The position numbers and the translations under genes are program-made. Source: an uncultured Thermoprotei archaeon (GTDB taxonomy: Archaea; Thermoproteota; Thermoprotei; Thermofilales; B15-G2). Taken from it: a stretch of 62,871 nt of DNA. The stretch is from contig CBDUKN010000017.1 in the NCBI GenBank assembly GCA_965367815.1, positions 1-62,871 on the forward strand, given 5' to 3'. Shown here piece by piece: positions 11,509 through 22,485 of this stretch. Every line of letters starts with the position of its first letter. The stretch's first letter is position 1. The notes beneath the pieces are model-generated. The model was given only the letters and a program-made list of their open reading frames with translations. It was not told the origin of the DNA and searched no databases.

Positions 11509-12513
11509 GTGTCGAAACTCTTGCTTAAGAAGATTTCTTGCCCTAAGTGCAAAATTATTTTTAAGTTAATTTAAGTAAAGTTAGTCGTGATACTTTAGAG
11601 AGATATAGTATAGGCTCTCTTGCATTTAATCATGGAGACCATGTTGTAGTTGTCTATATTGATTCTAGTAGAGAAATAAGAGGAGGAGAAACTTTTCCTG
11701 TAGTTGAAGCTAAGGTCCCTTAATACTCGGTACTCTCACTATAGTCCCTGTTCCACGAGAGAAAAAAGAAATGCCTCCGCTTAACAAGCTCGAAAGAGAA
11801 GAACTGGCTGTACTGGTGCAGTGTGATGGTAAGAGAAGTGTCCACGAAATAGCCGATATGCTTGGAATGAGTATTGGTAAGTTGTTGAGTAAAATACAGA
11901 AGCATACTTCGCCTACTATAGCTGCTATAAGCGGCCGTCTTCTCTTGACAGCACTTATAGCTGAAATCAGGATAAGGTTCCCTACTCGAGAAGACGCTGT
12001 AAAGAGACTGTTTGAGTGGGGAGTATTTTGTGGAGGAATATGGATGGCTGAGTCTGCTAAGCCAGATGTATTGAAGAAACTTTGGCCTAAAGACGAAAAC
12101 CCTGATAAAATATGTAGCTTTATTGAAACTATAGGCCAGGTAGCCTGGTATCTTCAAGCAGGCTATGTGCCTAAAGTAGAGACGAAAGTCGTTGACTTCA
12201 AGGAGGGATTTGCTGTTAAAGCAGTTATTATAGACGATAATCCTCAAAGCACAATGAATATTGATGTACCTTACCCACACGCAATAGCTGCTGGAGGCTA
12301 TGAAGGCGTAAATAACTCTGCGTACAATTTCATAGAAATATTGGATAAATGGTATGCGCTTTGAAGACCTCTGTACAGAAACAGTACTAGAGTTTTAGTA
12401 GGGTATACTGTTCAGAGAAAAATACCTCTCGACCTGTAGTTAAAGTTATTGAAGCCGATGAGCCAGAGTTCTTTAAAATTATTTCACTCGAAGACTCAGA
12501 TAGCTTCCTGTGA
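11509..12513 (+). pseudogene. Hypothetical protein with HTH-like segment, probably frameshifted
   Basis: Core ORF 11771-12364 (DGKRSVHEIA); coding-like sequence continues on both sides in other frames. Confidence 0.4.
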
Positions 12514-12629
12514 AAATATATTGGAGTAAGTATTTTCAGGTAATTTCTCCTGTTTTATCAGTGTCTAGTAAATAGTACAGTTTGTACACATGCATAGATT
12601 TATTGCTCTATTAACTGCTCTTTTTCTGG

Positions 12630-14120
12630 GTGAAAAATTTGAGAAAATATTTGAGGTATAAAATGGGGCTACTAGTAGCTCTCACGACTTTACTGTACCT
12701 AGCGCTCTTTGCTTCAGCTTGCTTTAGTCCAGCCGACAATTACGCTGTAGAAGCAGTATTGAATAAGCCGGGTGTAGTTTACGATGTCTCTAAATTAGAG
12801 AAAATTGAAGGAGTGCAGAAAGTGCATTACGGGTACTGGGCGAAAATAGCTTATGCTTATAAGAGTCACTATAATCCTAATCTAATTGTAGTGGTATCTA
12901 TTCAAGGACTAAAATACGCTAATATAGGCTCTAAACCGGCTTTAAGTATATCTATAAGAAACTACAGTGTATCGATTGTAGAAATAGTGTCTAAAATTAA
13001 GGAATCTTCCTTAAATTGGAGAAAAGACCTTAAGGTATACGACTCTGTCGCTGTATGTATTTTCTCTAAGAAAATAGGAGTGTGTGAAGTGAGAACGGAA
13101 ATTAAAGTAAAAGCTTCTGCTGCAAATACATCTGATATAGATTTCACGCTATGGATTATTGAGCTTAATAAACCTGAGCCTACTCTCGCCAAAGAAATTA
13201 AAAGTGAAGTAGATTCTCTGCTGAAAACAATAGGTTTGAGCGCTTTACGTAATTTTATTAAAGATAAAGCTATTGAAAATGCTTTAACGGGAGAAGCTTC
13301 TGTTCAAAAAGAATACATAGCTATTAGAATACAGATACCAGTTAAGGCTTTAGTTGAAGTAGTGACTGTATACTCTTATGGCACTACATATTCTTCAGAA
13401 AAACTTAATGTAAGTAAACTGAATGTAGATAAGGTTAAAGACCTTGGCTGGAAAATACTAGCTGAGAGAGCTGGTAAAAACTACATTGCGTTCATTTTAG
13501 TAAAAGAGCTAGAGAAAGTTAGAATTTCTTTGAGTGGTAAAGGCTTTAATAATACTGTTGTCCTCGAGTTTAAGGTTGTTGGCTCAAACAATTTAACTGA
13601 AAGCATTTTAAATGAATTCAGAAAAGTTCTTAGTGTAATAGGGCTTGACTCTAAGCTAGTTAATGGAAGCTGTTTCGAGAAATACTCTGAGTCTACTGGA
13701 TGCCGTTTTGTGCCTGCAGTGAACATGAGTGAGAGTGACTTGAAGAAGGCTCTTGAAGTAGAGTTGAAGTGGCTTATTGAAAATAAAGTTGTTTTAGGTT
13801 TAGGCGAAAAAGATGTAGAGGAAATAGCTGCGTCTGCGAAAATGGGGTATGCTGGCTGGAATAGTAGACTAGTGTGGTATAACGGCAAGTGGATACCCTA
13901 CTTTAAGATACCTAACGCGGCTCTAGTAAGATGTCTTAGTTCTCCGCCAGCAATATTTACTCAAGTAGAGTACGGCGAAAGCCCGCCAACTGGACAGCAG
14001 GGAGAAAAGGTTTCAGAAAAGCCTTTGGGCTTCTGGTATGTGCACTTACTTATCTTAGCTACGGCTGTAGTCGCTGCGATTATCGCGTACTATATTGCTA
14101 GAAAAAAGCTTTCTCTGTAG
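12630..14120 (+). CDS. Secreted, membrane-anchored surface protein
   Basis: Signal peptide, ACFSPAD..VLNKPG N-terminus, C-terminal TM plus RKK. Confidence 0.7.
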   Translation: MKNLRKYLRYKMGLLVALTTLLYLALFASACFSPADNYAVEAVLNKPGVVYDVSKLEKIEGVQKVHYGYWAKIAYAYKSHYNPNLIVVVSIQGLKYANIGSKPALSISIRNYSVSIVEIVSKIKESSLNWRKDLKVYDSVAVCIFSKKIGVCEVRTEIKVKASAANTSDIDFTLWIIELNKPEPTLAKEIKSEVDSLLKTIGLSALRNFIKDKAIENALTGEASVQKEYIAIRIQIPVKALVEVVTVYSYGTTYSSEKLNVSKLNVDKVKDLGWKILAERAGKNYIAFILVKELEKVRISLSGKGFNNTVVLEFKVVGSNNLTESILNEFRKVLSVIGLDSKLVNGSCFEKYSESTGCRFVPAVNMSESDLKKALEVELKWLIENKVVLGLGEKDVEEIAASAKMGYAGWNSRLVWYNGKWIPYFKIPNAALVRCLSSPPAIFTQVEYGESPPTGQQGEKVSEKPLGFWYVHLLILATAVVAAIIAYYIARKKLSL

Positions 14121-14121
14121 T

Positions 14122-15162
14122 CTATTTAGGTGTTTTCTTGAGTGAGTCTAGTACCTTATCTATTTCTGCGGCAAAGAAGCCTATTGCATAGTCGCTTACT
14201 CCTCCAACCCAAATAAGCCACTCTTTGTACTTAATTAAGCCGTCACCGAATATAACTAGTGGTCTATCGCCGTATTCTTCTGCTAGGCCTTTGGGTGCAA
14301 GAATGTAGTTGGATACTGCTTCTAACTCGCCGTCGGAGTTTACTAAAGCTACTCCGTTTCGATAAGAGTAATCGGATCTTACTACTGCGTGCCATCCTAC
14401 TAAATACTCGTTGCTCGATATTTTAACAGCATTAGTTGACCAGCCTACTTTTGCTTCCCACTCTTCGTTTACCAGAATAGGCTCGAGGCTAGTTAAGTGA
14501 ATCGACAATTCGTCTAAGTCGGCTAGAGACTTCCAGGCTACTTTTATTCCCCTGATATCCGGCCTTACTAATAGAACACTTTCTTTCCTATGGTCTAGTA
14601 GAGCACTGTCTTTCATTGATTTAGGTAAGTATTTTTCGTCGCCATGGATTATAGAGAAGTAGCCTCTTTTAAGCAACGTTAACTGTTTATCGAAGACAGC
14701 AAATCCTAGGAAATCTTTTCTCTCGAGTACTTCTGGAGCTTTTTCATAGTAGCCTTTACCAGTGTATAGGATAAAGTACTTGTCCTCGCTGAAGCTCGCT
14801 CTAGCGTCTTCGCATCCAAGAAATTCCCAAAGACTTTTAGGCCACAGTACTATTTTAGCTTCAATTTTCTCAGGCTTACTGCCTTCAAGTAAATCATCTA
14901 TATTTAGCTCAAAGTACCCTATACTCGACACGTACTTATAGTAGTCGAAAATAACTCTGGGAAAAACACGTACTTTGTCTCCTACAACAACAGCCCCTGG
15001 ATTAAAGAACGATACAGGCTTTCTCCTGTAGTTGACTATAGTTACGTCTTCAGGACCTATGTACAGCAGTCGTTTAAAAAGATCTGTTGTCTCAGGCTTC
15101 CTTAAACCTCTTTTAGCTGAGAGAGACTTTTTGGCTTTCTCAAACAAGCAGTCTTCGATCAC
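14122..15162 (-). CDS. GH130-family glycosidase/mannoside phosphorylase (DUF377)
   Basis: FNPGA, GCEDAR, KD, GWH and VIFGDG..GGVSD motifs. Confidence 0.85.
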   Translation of the reverse strand: MIEDCLFEKAKKSLSAKRGLRKPETTDLFKRLLYIGPEDVTIVNYRRKPVSFFNPGAVVVGDKVRVFPRVIFDYYKYVSSIGYFELNIDDLLEGSKPEKIEAKIVLWPKSLWEFLGCEDARASFSEDKYFILYTGKGYYEKAPEVLERKDFLGFAVFDKQLTLLKRGYFSIIHGDEKYLPKSMKDSALLDHRKESVLLVRPDIRGIKVAWKSLADLDELSIHLTSLEPILVNEEWEAKVGWSTNAVKISSNEYLVGWHAVVRSDYSYRNGVALVNSDGELEAVSNYILAPKGLAEEYGDRPLVIFGDGLIKYKEWLIWVGGVSDYAIGFFAAEIDKVLDSLKKTPK

Positions 15163-15231
15163 AGTCCCGCGCCCTCTCCTATTTACTTCACTGTGAACAC
15201 GGTTTAAATAACTGACTACATTAAGTCTTCT

Positions 15232-15810
15232 TTAAACATAGAATATTAGAATAACTACTACAGCTACTGGAGCAATAATATTATGTAGAATAACATAATA
15301 TGCTAAAAACATCGATAAAGTTATAAAACATATAAAATTATTCAACGCCATTGCAGCCAGTATTAAAGACAGAGAAAACAGCAACACTAGTATACAGTTT
15401 ACTGCAAGAGTTCTTAGCCAACAGTAGTCGTGTACTTTAACCTCAATATCTATTTTCTCCAGAAGACTCGAGAACAGCGGAACTGTAAAGAAAATAGTGC
15501 CTGATGAAGCTAAAACACCTGTAATAAATCTAGTCCAGTTATTTCTCCAGCCTAGTCCATAGAGCTGTAGAACACCGTCAATAGCTAAAGGAGCTGTGAA
15601 CAAAATAGTGTCGAGTACTCCAATAGTCTTTTTACTACACTTAAAAATAAAGGGTAGTACTAAATAGGCGAAGAAGGCACCTACGTACACTCCAGTACAC
15701 CTGGAACATACAGGAAGCTTAAATCCAGCAATATAGAAGCTTCTTTCAGGGAGCTGGTGGCAGAAAAAGCTACAAATATAGTAAAGAAAAGAAATTATCC
15801 AATTAATCAC
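15232..15810 (-). CDS. DUF2085 family membrane protein
   Basis: CHQLPERSF and PVCSRCTGVY motifs. Confidence 0.9.
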   Translation of the reverse strand: MINWIISFLYYICSFFCHQLPERSFYIAGFKLPVCSRCTGVYVGAFFAYLVLPFIFKCSKKTIGVLDTILFTAPLAIDGVLQLYGLGWRNNWTRFITGVLASSGTIFFTVPLFSSLLEKIDIEVKVHDYCWLRTLAVNCILVLLFSLSLILAAMALNNFICFITLSMFLAYYVILHNIIAPVAVVVILIFYV

Positions 15811-15812
15811 TC

Positions 15813-16082
15813 TTAGCTAGGTGGCGGTGGTGGAGGCGGAGGCGGCTGCTCTTCTTTGCGCTCACCTTTCCTCACAATCAAGTAGACTATGAGGCCTATA
15901 ATACCTGTTAACAGTACTACTAGTAACCATAAGACAGCGTTTTCTCCTCGCTTTTTAGCGTCTTTGTAAACCCATACTGCTAAGACGATCCAGACAATGA
16001 ATATTATGGCGTAGACAACGAAGCATACGCCTAGTGCTAGCCACTCGCCGTTTCTGAACAAGGGCATTAGATCTAAGACCAT
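15813..16082 (-). CDS. Small membrane protein (PLDc_N-like) with poly-Pro tail
   Basis: WVYKDAKKRG..LW..GLIVYLIVR. Confidence 0.75.
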   Translation of the reverse strand: MVLDLMPLFRNGEWLALGVCFVVYAIIFIVWIVLAVWVYKDAKKRGENAVLWLLVVLLTGIIGLIVYLIVRKGERKEEQPPPPPPPPPS

Positions 16083-16318
16083 GTTTTCACCTTACCTACC
16101 ACTATACCAGAAAATATATAAAGATTTCTCTAGCATAGGCAAAGTAATCAAATACAACTTATCTACCATAAACAATCTTAAAGAAACTAAAATATTGGCC
16201 ATAAAACTCGCTAAAATACTTCAAGATAACACATAAAAACTCTCTACTCAAGTACTTCTTTTGCTATAAAGCAGACTTAACTTAAATAACGGGAAACATC
16301 CAATAGAAAAACTTATAT

Positions 16319-17659
16319 TTGAGTAATTTAGGGTTACGTAAAATGAATTACGTAATATATCGCACAGAAGTCCTAGACATATCTAAAATACCTGGCTGGA
16401 TACTTATTTACGGCAGAAGAAAAGTAGGAAAAACATTTCTCGTCAAAAACTTTATTCCACACGACGAATATTTTCTCGTCAGACGAGACCTCACAATAGT
16501 ATCTAGTAAAGGCGAAAAACTGAGATACAGCGAGTTCCTTAAAAAGTCTGTAGACTTCTAAAAGAAGAACACACAGTTGTAGTCGACGAGTTCCAGCTCT
16601 GTTTCTCCGGTTTTTGGGTGGGGTTTTCTTTGAGAGAGGTCTGGTTTCATTCCCCTCTCTTCATTGAAAACGCCCACCCGCATCCCGGAGGCTGGGGGTT
16701 TCGTCACGGGAGTCGGGTCAGTTCTGACTAGATAGCGTCTCTCCTAGGGACTAGTATCGACGTATAGACTAGAGCCGGTGAAGCCAGCAGACATACTAGT
16801 CTATTTCAGCAAAAAAGTAGATCCAGTACACGCAGTTGAACTAGCTCCAATTATGAGAGAACCATGGCTACTCAAATACCTAACCATATATAAAGGCGAC
16901 ACAGTAAGCTTACTCTATGAAATCATTAAGCTAAATATATACACTATAAAAAGCTTGATAGGGGAAATATTCACTGAAGAAGAAAGAGAACTCTCAGCCA
17001 AATACGAAGCAATACTAACTGCAGTAGCTTCAGGCAACTGGAGCACTAAGCAAATAACATCAATTCTCTTCAACAAAGGACTAGTAGACAGGCCAGACAC
17101 AGGCCTAGTAAGACAATACATTATAAACTTAATAGAAATGAATCTACTAGAAAGCACACCAATACTAAACAAAAGAGAAAAATATATTAAAATAGCTTCA
17201 CCAATAATAGACCTCTACTACTACCTCAACGATAAATACAATTTAGAAGAAGAAAACATGCCGCCTTTAAGCGAAATAAGAGACCTACTTAAAACAAAAC
17301 TATCGCTATACATACAAGACTATATAGCACAACTACTTTCACAAATCTACGAAGCCAAAATAAACTACTACATCACACCTTCACTAGAAATAGACTTCAT
17401 ATTAACTAAAAAGAGAAAAGTATTAGCGGTAGGCGAAGTAAAGTGGAGAACAAAACTACTACTGAAAATAATTAAAGAATTCCTTGAAAAAACATCGAAA
17501 ATACCAGCAGAAAAAAGAATACTAATAACAAAAACACAGCCCTACAAGAAACCAGAAAATATCAAGGTATACTCGCCCACAGACCTAGTAAAAGAAGCAG
17601 AAAAATGGATACTAAAAACATATGGGCAAGTACCTCTACATAAGCTACAAGCAACATAG
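16319..17659 (+). pseudogene. Archaeal ATPase (ATPase_2) with C-terminal PD-(D/E)XK-like domain, disrupted; paralog of 28911-30191
   Basis: GRRKVGKT Walker A, VVDEF in a shifted frame, ~130 bp foreign segment, C-terminal EIDF..GEVKW. Confidence 0.85.
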
Positions 17660-17671
17660 ACTACTGCACAC

Positions 17672-18166
17672 TCATTTAGCACTAGAAGGCTCATAGAGAA
17701 CTACTAGCGAGTACTTATGTCTAGGAATAAGCGGGTAAAGCCAATTAAAATACTTCTCGTCCCTCAAATGAACATATATTACCTTGCAGCCAGCCTCAAT
17801 ACCAGCCTTATAGCAAGCAATACTCATAGTCTTTCTCCCACCAGTAACATCAACTAAAACCTCTTCACCAGACTCCTTCTCTCTCAAAATACGCCCCTTA
17901 ACAAGATTCACAGCTCTCTCAATATCTACTTCAGGAACCCTCAAGTGGTCAACAGAGTCTACACTAAGATCTTCTCCAATAATAGTTTTTACTAAAGAAA
18001 GCTTACTTTGAGGAATAGTCTCGCTAGTAACTACAACAACTTTACTTAAAGCAATACCCCTATCCAGTAAAATCCAGACAGTATTTACTGGAACAACTTC
18101 AGATAAACCGAGAACAGTAAACAACACCGCCACTTCAACCACCCAGCCTACACGAAATTTTCTCAA
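17672..18166 (-). CDS. Stand-alone CARF-domain protein (Csx14/ring-nuclease-like)
   Basis: N-terminal LGLS strand-loop and DVTGGRKTMS CARF motif. Confidence 0.8.
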   Translation of the reverse strand: MRKFRVGWVVEVAVLFTVLGLSEVVPVNTVWILLDRGIALSKVVVVTSETIPQSKLSLVKTIIGEDLSVDSVDHLRVPEVDIERAVNLVKGRILREKESGEEVLVDVTGGRKTMSIACYKAGIEAGCKVIYVHLRDEKYFNWLYPLIPRHKYSLVVLYEPSSAK

Positions 18167-19187
18167 GAATCCTTAACTTCTCTTCAACTTTCACGGAAAC
18201 ATCTTCACTACACTCTACTTCAAGCTCATCAATATTCTTACACGGCTCTAAAACAAACTCTTCTCTACCTTCTTCACAGTCGACGACAATACTACAGCAG
18301 CCCGCAAAAAGAGTAAGCACGTAGACAAGCTCAACAAAATCACAGAAATCTACTTTAAGTTCGCCGGGAACACTAGAAGGAACTTCAATTAACGCAGCTC
18401 TACCTAAACCATAGCTCAAAGCATAATTATATGTATGATTATCCATAGTCAAGAAAAACATGAAACCATTATACTTTTTCTCGAAGTCAGCCAGTGACGC
18501 AACGATATACTTGTCTCCAGTACCGCAGGCCTCGGCTTTGTAGACACGGTACTTCTGCTTAAGGTAACTATACTCGCTAATAGCTAAAGAGGCCCTATAG
18601 GCATTACAAGTAGCCTTACCTTTCTTAAAAACTCTTTTTACAGAACCCCAGTCGACAAACACTCTAGCATAGCAAGGCAGAGATTTAGCAAAGCGCTCAA
18701 CCTCATTACCCTTATATTCTTTAGTAAACTTCTCCCTAATTTCTTCTAAAGACGCCTCTGAAACAACAATAGGCAAGTATTTAAGCCTATCACCTATACG
18801 TCTCTCCATGTACCTACTAACAATCCTATTATATAGAATATTAGTATCGACACCGAGCAAAAGCTGTTTACCATACCCTAATGGATTCTCCCTCCTCTTC
18901 TCAATTTCGGAAACAAGCTCGTCCAAGACTTCACTTAAGCCGCAAAGCTCAAGTAAACCAGAAGCAAGAAAAGCGTCAACAACACTACGGTAACCAAGCC
19001 TACTATCTACTTTACTCAAAGCCCTTAAAACAGGATGACCAAGATTCCTTACAAAAAGCCTCTCCTCTAAAACATCGTAGACAAAGACTTCTACACCAAA
19101 AACTCTAACCGAGCAAATAGCTGCGCCAATAACATTAAAAAATAAAGACAAGTACTCGCGCCTCACACGCACAATAAATAAACACAC
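18135..19187 (-). CDS. Large PIN-domain protein, overlapping the CARF gene
   Basis: GVDTNILY, EE, GDKYI and TMD acidic PIN motifs. Confidence 0.75.
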   Translation of the reverse strand: MCLFIVRVRREYLSLFFNVIGAAICSVRVFGVEVFVYDVLEERLFVRNLGHPVLRALSKVDSRLGYRSVVDAFLASGLLELCGLSEVLDELVSEIEKRRENPLGYGKQLLLGVDTNILYNRIVSRYMERRIGDRLKYLPIVVSEASLEEIREKFTKEYKGNEVERFAKSLPCYARVFVDWGSVKRVFKKGKATCNAYRASLAISEYSYLKQKYRVYKAEACGTGDKYIVASLADFEKKYNGFMFFLTMDNHTYNYALSYGLGRAALIEVPSSVPGELKVDFCDFVELVYVLTLFAGCCSIVVDCEEGREEFVLEPCKNIDELEVECSEDVSVKVEEKLRILEKISCRLGG

Positions 19188-19249
19188 CAGAAAATATAAC
19201 CCTTAAATCCCTAACAAAGATATTAAGGCTCCCACACACATATAACATA

Positions 19250-19768
19250 ATGGTTGAAAATAAGAAACTCTACTTAATAAACTTAAACAGAAAAGAATAC
19301 ATTGAGCTAACTTTTCTACCCAAAATAAGCTCACTTGCAGTACTCTACTGGTTAATCGCAGATATCAAGGACGCAGAAGAGTATAAAACACCAGGTACAT
19401 GGAAAAACAATAAAATAGTGATTCTAGCACAAGAAAATAACACACTACTAATCCAGTACACAGTATTCTATTCATCACAGAAAAAAGAAATAATTGTAGG
19501 AGACTACAGTGAAGAATACTGGCAGCTCCTCAAACATATTAAATACTACAAAAACATAACAAACCAGACTCTCAAAGAAATCAAAAAATACATTAAAAGA
19601 AAAGGCCTCCCACTAGATACGCTCAGCCCACTCAAAGTACCAGGCTTCCAGGACATAAACCTTTGGCCGGGAAAAGACAACAAATATTATGCTACAAGCG
19701 GAGTATTCATAAACCTAGAATACCTAGAGAAAATATTTCCTCCCAAAACGAGTAAGCAGCCCACTTAA
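19250..19768 (+). CDS. Hypothetical protein
   Basis: 172-aa ORF; YLINLNRKEYI N-terminus. Confidence 0.6.
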   Translation: MVENKKLYLINLNRKEYIELTFLPKISSLAVLYWLIADIKDAEEYKTPGTWKNNKIVILAQENNTLLIQYTVFYSSQKKEIIVGDYSEEYWQLLKHIKYYKNITNQTLKEIKKYIKRKGLPLDTLSPLKVPGFQDINLWPGKDNKYYATSGVFINLEYLEKIFPPKTSKQPT

Positions 19769-19829
19769 ACACTAAACCTCCAGAATCCCTACTTACCAGA
19801 ATAAAGCATACATCCTCTATTCAAAGTTC

Positions 19830-20640
19830 AAGATAAAGCTACTGCACCATAGGAGCTATATAGAGAAATTCAAAGGCAGGAAGTGGTACGAGGTAACCGT
19901 AAGTATCGACAAACATGGAAGAATATGGGTAAGTATACCGTTTAGATGGGAGTACAATCCATTCAAGCCTAAGAAAATAGTCTCACTTGACATAAACCTT
20001 AAGAAAATAGTAGTCTATAATGGCAGAAGTATTAGAAGAATAGATACTAGGTTTACAGAAGCCTTGTATCTCAAGCACCTCGCCGAGAATATTCAGAAAA
20101 AACACAGATATGCGTGGAGGAGAAACGAAAAGTGGCTGAGCATTATTAGAGCGCTCCATAGGAGGAGCAGGAATATAGTAGTTGACTTGTCTCGTAAATT
20201 CGCTAAATACATCGTGTTAAAAGCTAGGAAGACAAAAAGCGCTATAGTATTAGAAGACCTCGATAAGCTATGGTTTAGTGCTTCACAGAAATCCTCTAGC
20301 CTAGCAGACAAACTCTCAAGATTTGCCTATAGGAAGCTACAGCTAGCGATAGTAGCTAAAGCGATAGAGTATAACGTACCAATAGTCTTCGTGAATCCTA
20401 GAGGGACATCAACTATATGTCCTAGATGCGGAGCTAAGTTAACTTATAACCACAGACTAGCGATTTGCAGAAACTGCGGCTTCGTAGCTGATAGAGACAC
20501 AGTTGGAGCAATAAACATCTACTTTAAAGCAATAGAATATTTAGCCCCATGCCTCGGGTCATGGGGCATCCACTCGATGACGAATGAAACCTGACTGAAG
20601 AGTGAGCTACCTAAAAATGAACCGATGACCAAACATATAA
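19830..20640 (+). mobile_element. tnpB: 5'-truncated IS200/IS605-type element: partial tnpB (frame open from ~19830 to 20594) plus putative right end
   Basis: RuvC motifs SLDIN, VLEDL and DRDTVGAINI; CPRCG/CRNCG zinc ribbon; N-terminus missing. Confidence 0.85.
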
Positions 20641-20732
20641 AGAGGCGAACCCTCATAACCACTATTCACTAACGCGACTACATCTAACTCTACTCCCTCC
20701 CTCTTTATCCTCAGCCTCACTCTCACAACCAC
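20607..20732 (-). pseudogene. 5' fragment of an aspartic-protease-like archaeal gene, truncated by the tnpB element end
   Basis: GGTGA SD plus GTG start; MVVRVRLRIKREGVELDVVALVNSGYEG then runs into the IS sequence. Confidence 0.5.
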
Positions 20733-20886
20733 GTCCCTTCACCCTACCCACTATACGCCCAACACGAACCCTCTTACCATAAATACGTCCAACACGAACT
20801 ACAATCATCCCACATATACCACTACACTAACACTATATAAACCTTATAGACCCTACTAAAATACAACCAAGCCTCAACAAAACAAT

Positions 20887-21001
20887 TTTTTCCATTCTCT
20901 ATAAGAAATTACAAAATTATTGCGCCGAAATAGCAAGTAAATATTTTCTTAAACAGTGGCACTTATCTTTCTATTCTCTTTTAGAGATTTTTAGATTAAT
21001 T
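20887..21001 (-). CRISPR. Mini-array on the minus strand (repeat, ~45-bp spacer, degenerate repeat), 35-bp family
   Basis: Reverse complement of 20967-21001 = AATTAATCTAAAAATCTCTAAAAGAGAATAGAAAG; degenerate copy at 20887-20921. Confidence 0.75.
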
Positions 21002-21260
21002 TTAGACTAAGATGTTATTTATGGACCTTGGTTCAATAGTTCGAGTATATTAATTGCTGTTAAGTATATTATTTTATAGTTTATTTTACTTGAGTTTTGC
21101 AAATAAAGTATTTAAATAGAATTTTAAAGTAATAGTGTGTAGATATATGTTTTCTACAGTCTCTATTTATTTGAAAACTTATTTCTCGTGAAATATTTTT
21201 GCTGTATTTAATGACTTGTTTTCGCTTAGATTTAATACTGGGTTTAAAATATAGTTTAGT

Positions 21261-21518
21261 GTGAGAGTTATTGTTGTGTTTGATGTTCCGGTAGGCTATG
21301 ATTGGCTCCGCGACCGTTTAAGAGAAAAACTCAAAGACTTTGGAGGAACTTTTCTTCAGCGAAGTGTCTATGAAATTGACTGTGACTGGAAGACATTTAA
21401 TAAACTTTATAAAGTAGTTGATAGCGTTTTAAGAAAAGGTGCTGGCCGAGTAGACTTTATTTTCCCTTGCGCCAAGTGCTACAAGAACATAAGAATTATA
21501 GGCGGTGAACTTGATTAG
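21261..21518 (+). CDS. cas2: CRISPR-associated endoribonuclease Cas2
   Basis: VIVVFDV..LKDFG..LQRSVYE; 85 aa; C-terminal CxxC. Confidence 0.9.
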   Translation: MRVIVVFDVPVGYDWLRDRLREKLKDFGGTFLQRSVYEIDCDWKTFNKLYKVVDSVLRKGAGRVDFIFPCAKCYKNIRIIGGELD

Positions 21519-22182
21519 AGGCTATTCTCTCCAACTAAAATACAGTTTTTTCACAGTCACAGTATCTGAAGTAGTCTCTTATCTCTACTGCCCGCGCAAA
21601 CTACTCCTCATACGTACACTAGGCCTAAAAGACAAGCCGCTTGAAGAAACACTAGAGGGAGTACAGGCACACATCATATACGAGAAACTAACACTATTCT
21701 ACATGAAAACAAAAGAGAGCAAAGACTACTGGAAACTAGTTAGCGAACTCGAAGAAAAAGAAAATTTCCCCGAAATAAGAAAACTAGCAGAATTCAGATA
21801 CAGCAACCCCTTCACCTCAGCCCAAGTAGAAGTACCGGTCGAAATACAGGGAATAAAAGGAAGAATAGATATAATTGAAGACAAAACACCAATTGAAATA
21901 AAGTACAGAAATAAACTACTCGAAAGAGACGTAGTACAAGTAACATGGTATACACTACTAGCAGAAGCAGCCTTAAACAAAAACATAGACTACGCTTACA
22001 TAGACCTCCTCAAAATCCCAAAAAGAATAAAAATACACATAGACAACGAAAAAAGAATAAAAGCACTAAAAACTAGAGAAAAATGCATAAAAACAATAAT
22101 ACAAAACAACTACACATTAAAAAGAAAAAACTGCAGAAAATGCCCACTTCGGAAAGAATGCAAACTACTAAACCTAACCTAA
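21505..22182 (+). CDS. cas4: CRISPR-associated Cas4 nuclease
   Basis: YCPR, GRIDII..EIK, QVTWY and C-terminal CxxCxxxxxC Fe-S motif. Confidence 0.9.
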   Translation: MNLIRGYSLQLKYSFFTVTVSEVVSYLYCPRKLLLIRTLGLKDKPLEETLEGVQAHIIYEKLTLFYMKTKESKDYWKLVSELEEKENFPEIRKLAEFRYSNPFTSAQVEVPVEIQGIKGRIDIIEDKTPIEIKYRNKLLERDVVQVTWYTLLAEAALNKNIDYAYIDLLKIPKRIKIHIDNEKRIKALKTREKCIKTIIQNNYTLKRKNCRKCPLRKECKLLNLT

Positions 22183-22307
22183 TAAACTAAAATACCCAAA
22201 CAAACCTAAAAACATAAGCAAAAATAAAACATAAAAACAATACCACCAAAGAATTTTTACTATTCGAGTTTCCAAACAGCACCGTAAATAATCATTAGGC
22301 TGTAAAC

Positions 22308-22485
22308 AAAACTTATTTATTTTTATTTGAATATTATAGTTAAGTTTATATATTTGTTTTTTACTCCCTTATAAAGGGGTTTATAAATATTATATAGGTA
22401 TGAAATAGTGGGGGCGTTAGAAATATATTATGTTGAAGAGCTAGAATAACTGAAAAGAAAACAAACAACACTGTACCAAAACCCA
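22308..22485 (+). promoter_or_regulatory. CRISPR leader copy with imperfect palindrome (22363-22380) and TATA-like boxes
   Basis: Homologous to the sequences at 24059, 32086, 36529, 35413 and 39697; directly precedes a repeat. Confidence 0.8.

Noticed and set aside
15821-15846. GGC/GGT trinucleotide run
   Set aside because: Encodes the poly-proline tail of the small membrane protein
20922-20966. Self-targeting by the mini-array spacer (TATTTACTTG also near 22971)
   Set aside because: Only ~10 bp of AT-rich identity, expected by chance; no convincing self-match seen for any spacer, though the search by eye was not exhaustive
20064-21001. Type V (Cas12f-like) system formed by TnpB, the mini-array and cas2/cas4
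   Set aside because: TnpB is N-terminally truncated with an IS-like 3' end, and the repeats carry a Cas6-type handle shared with the other arrays
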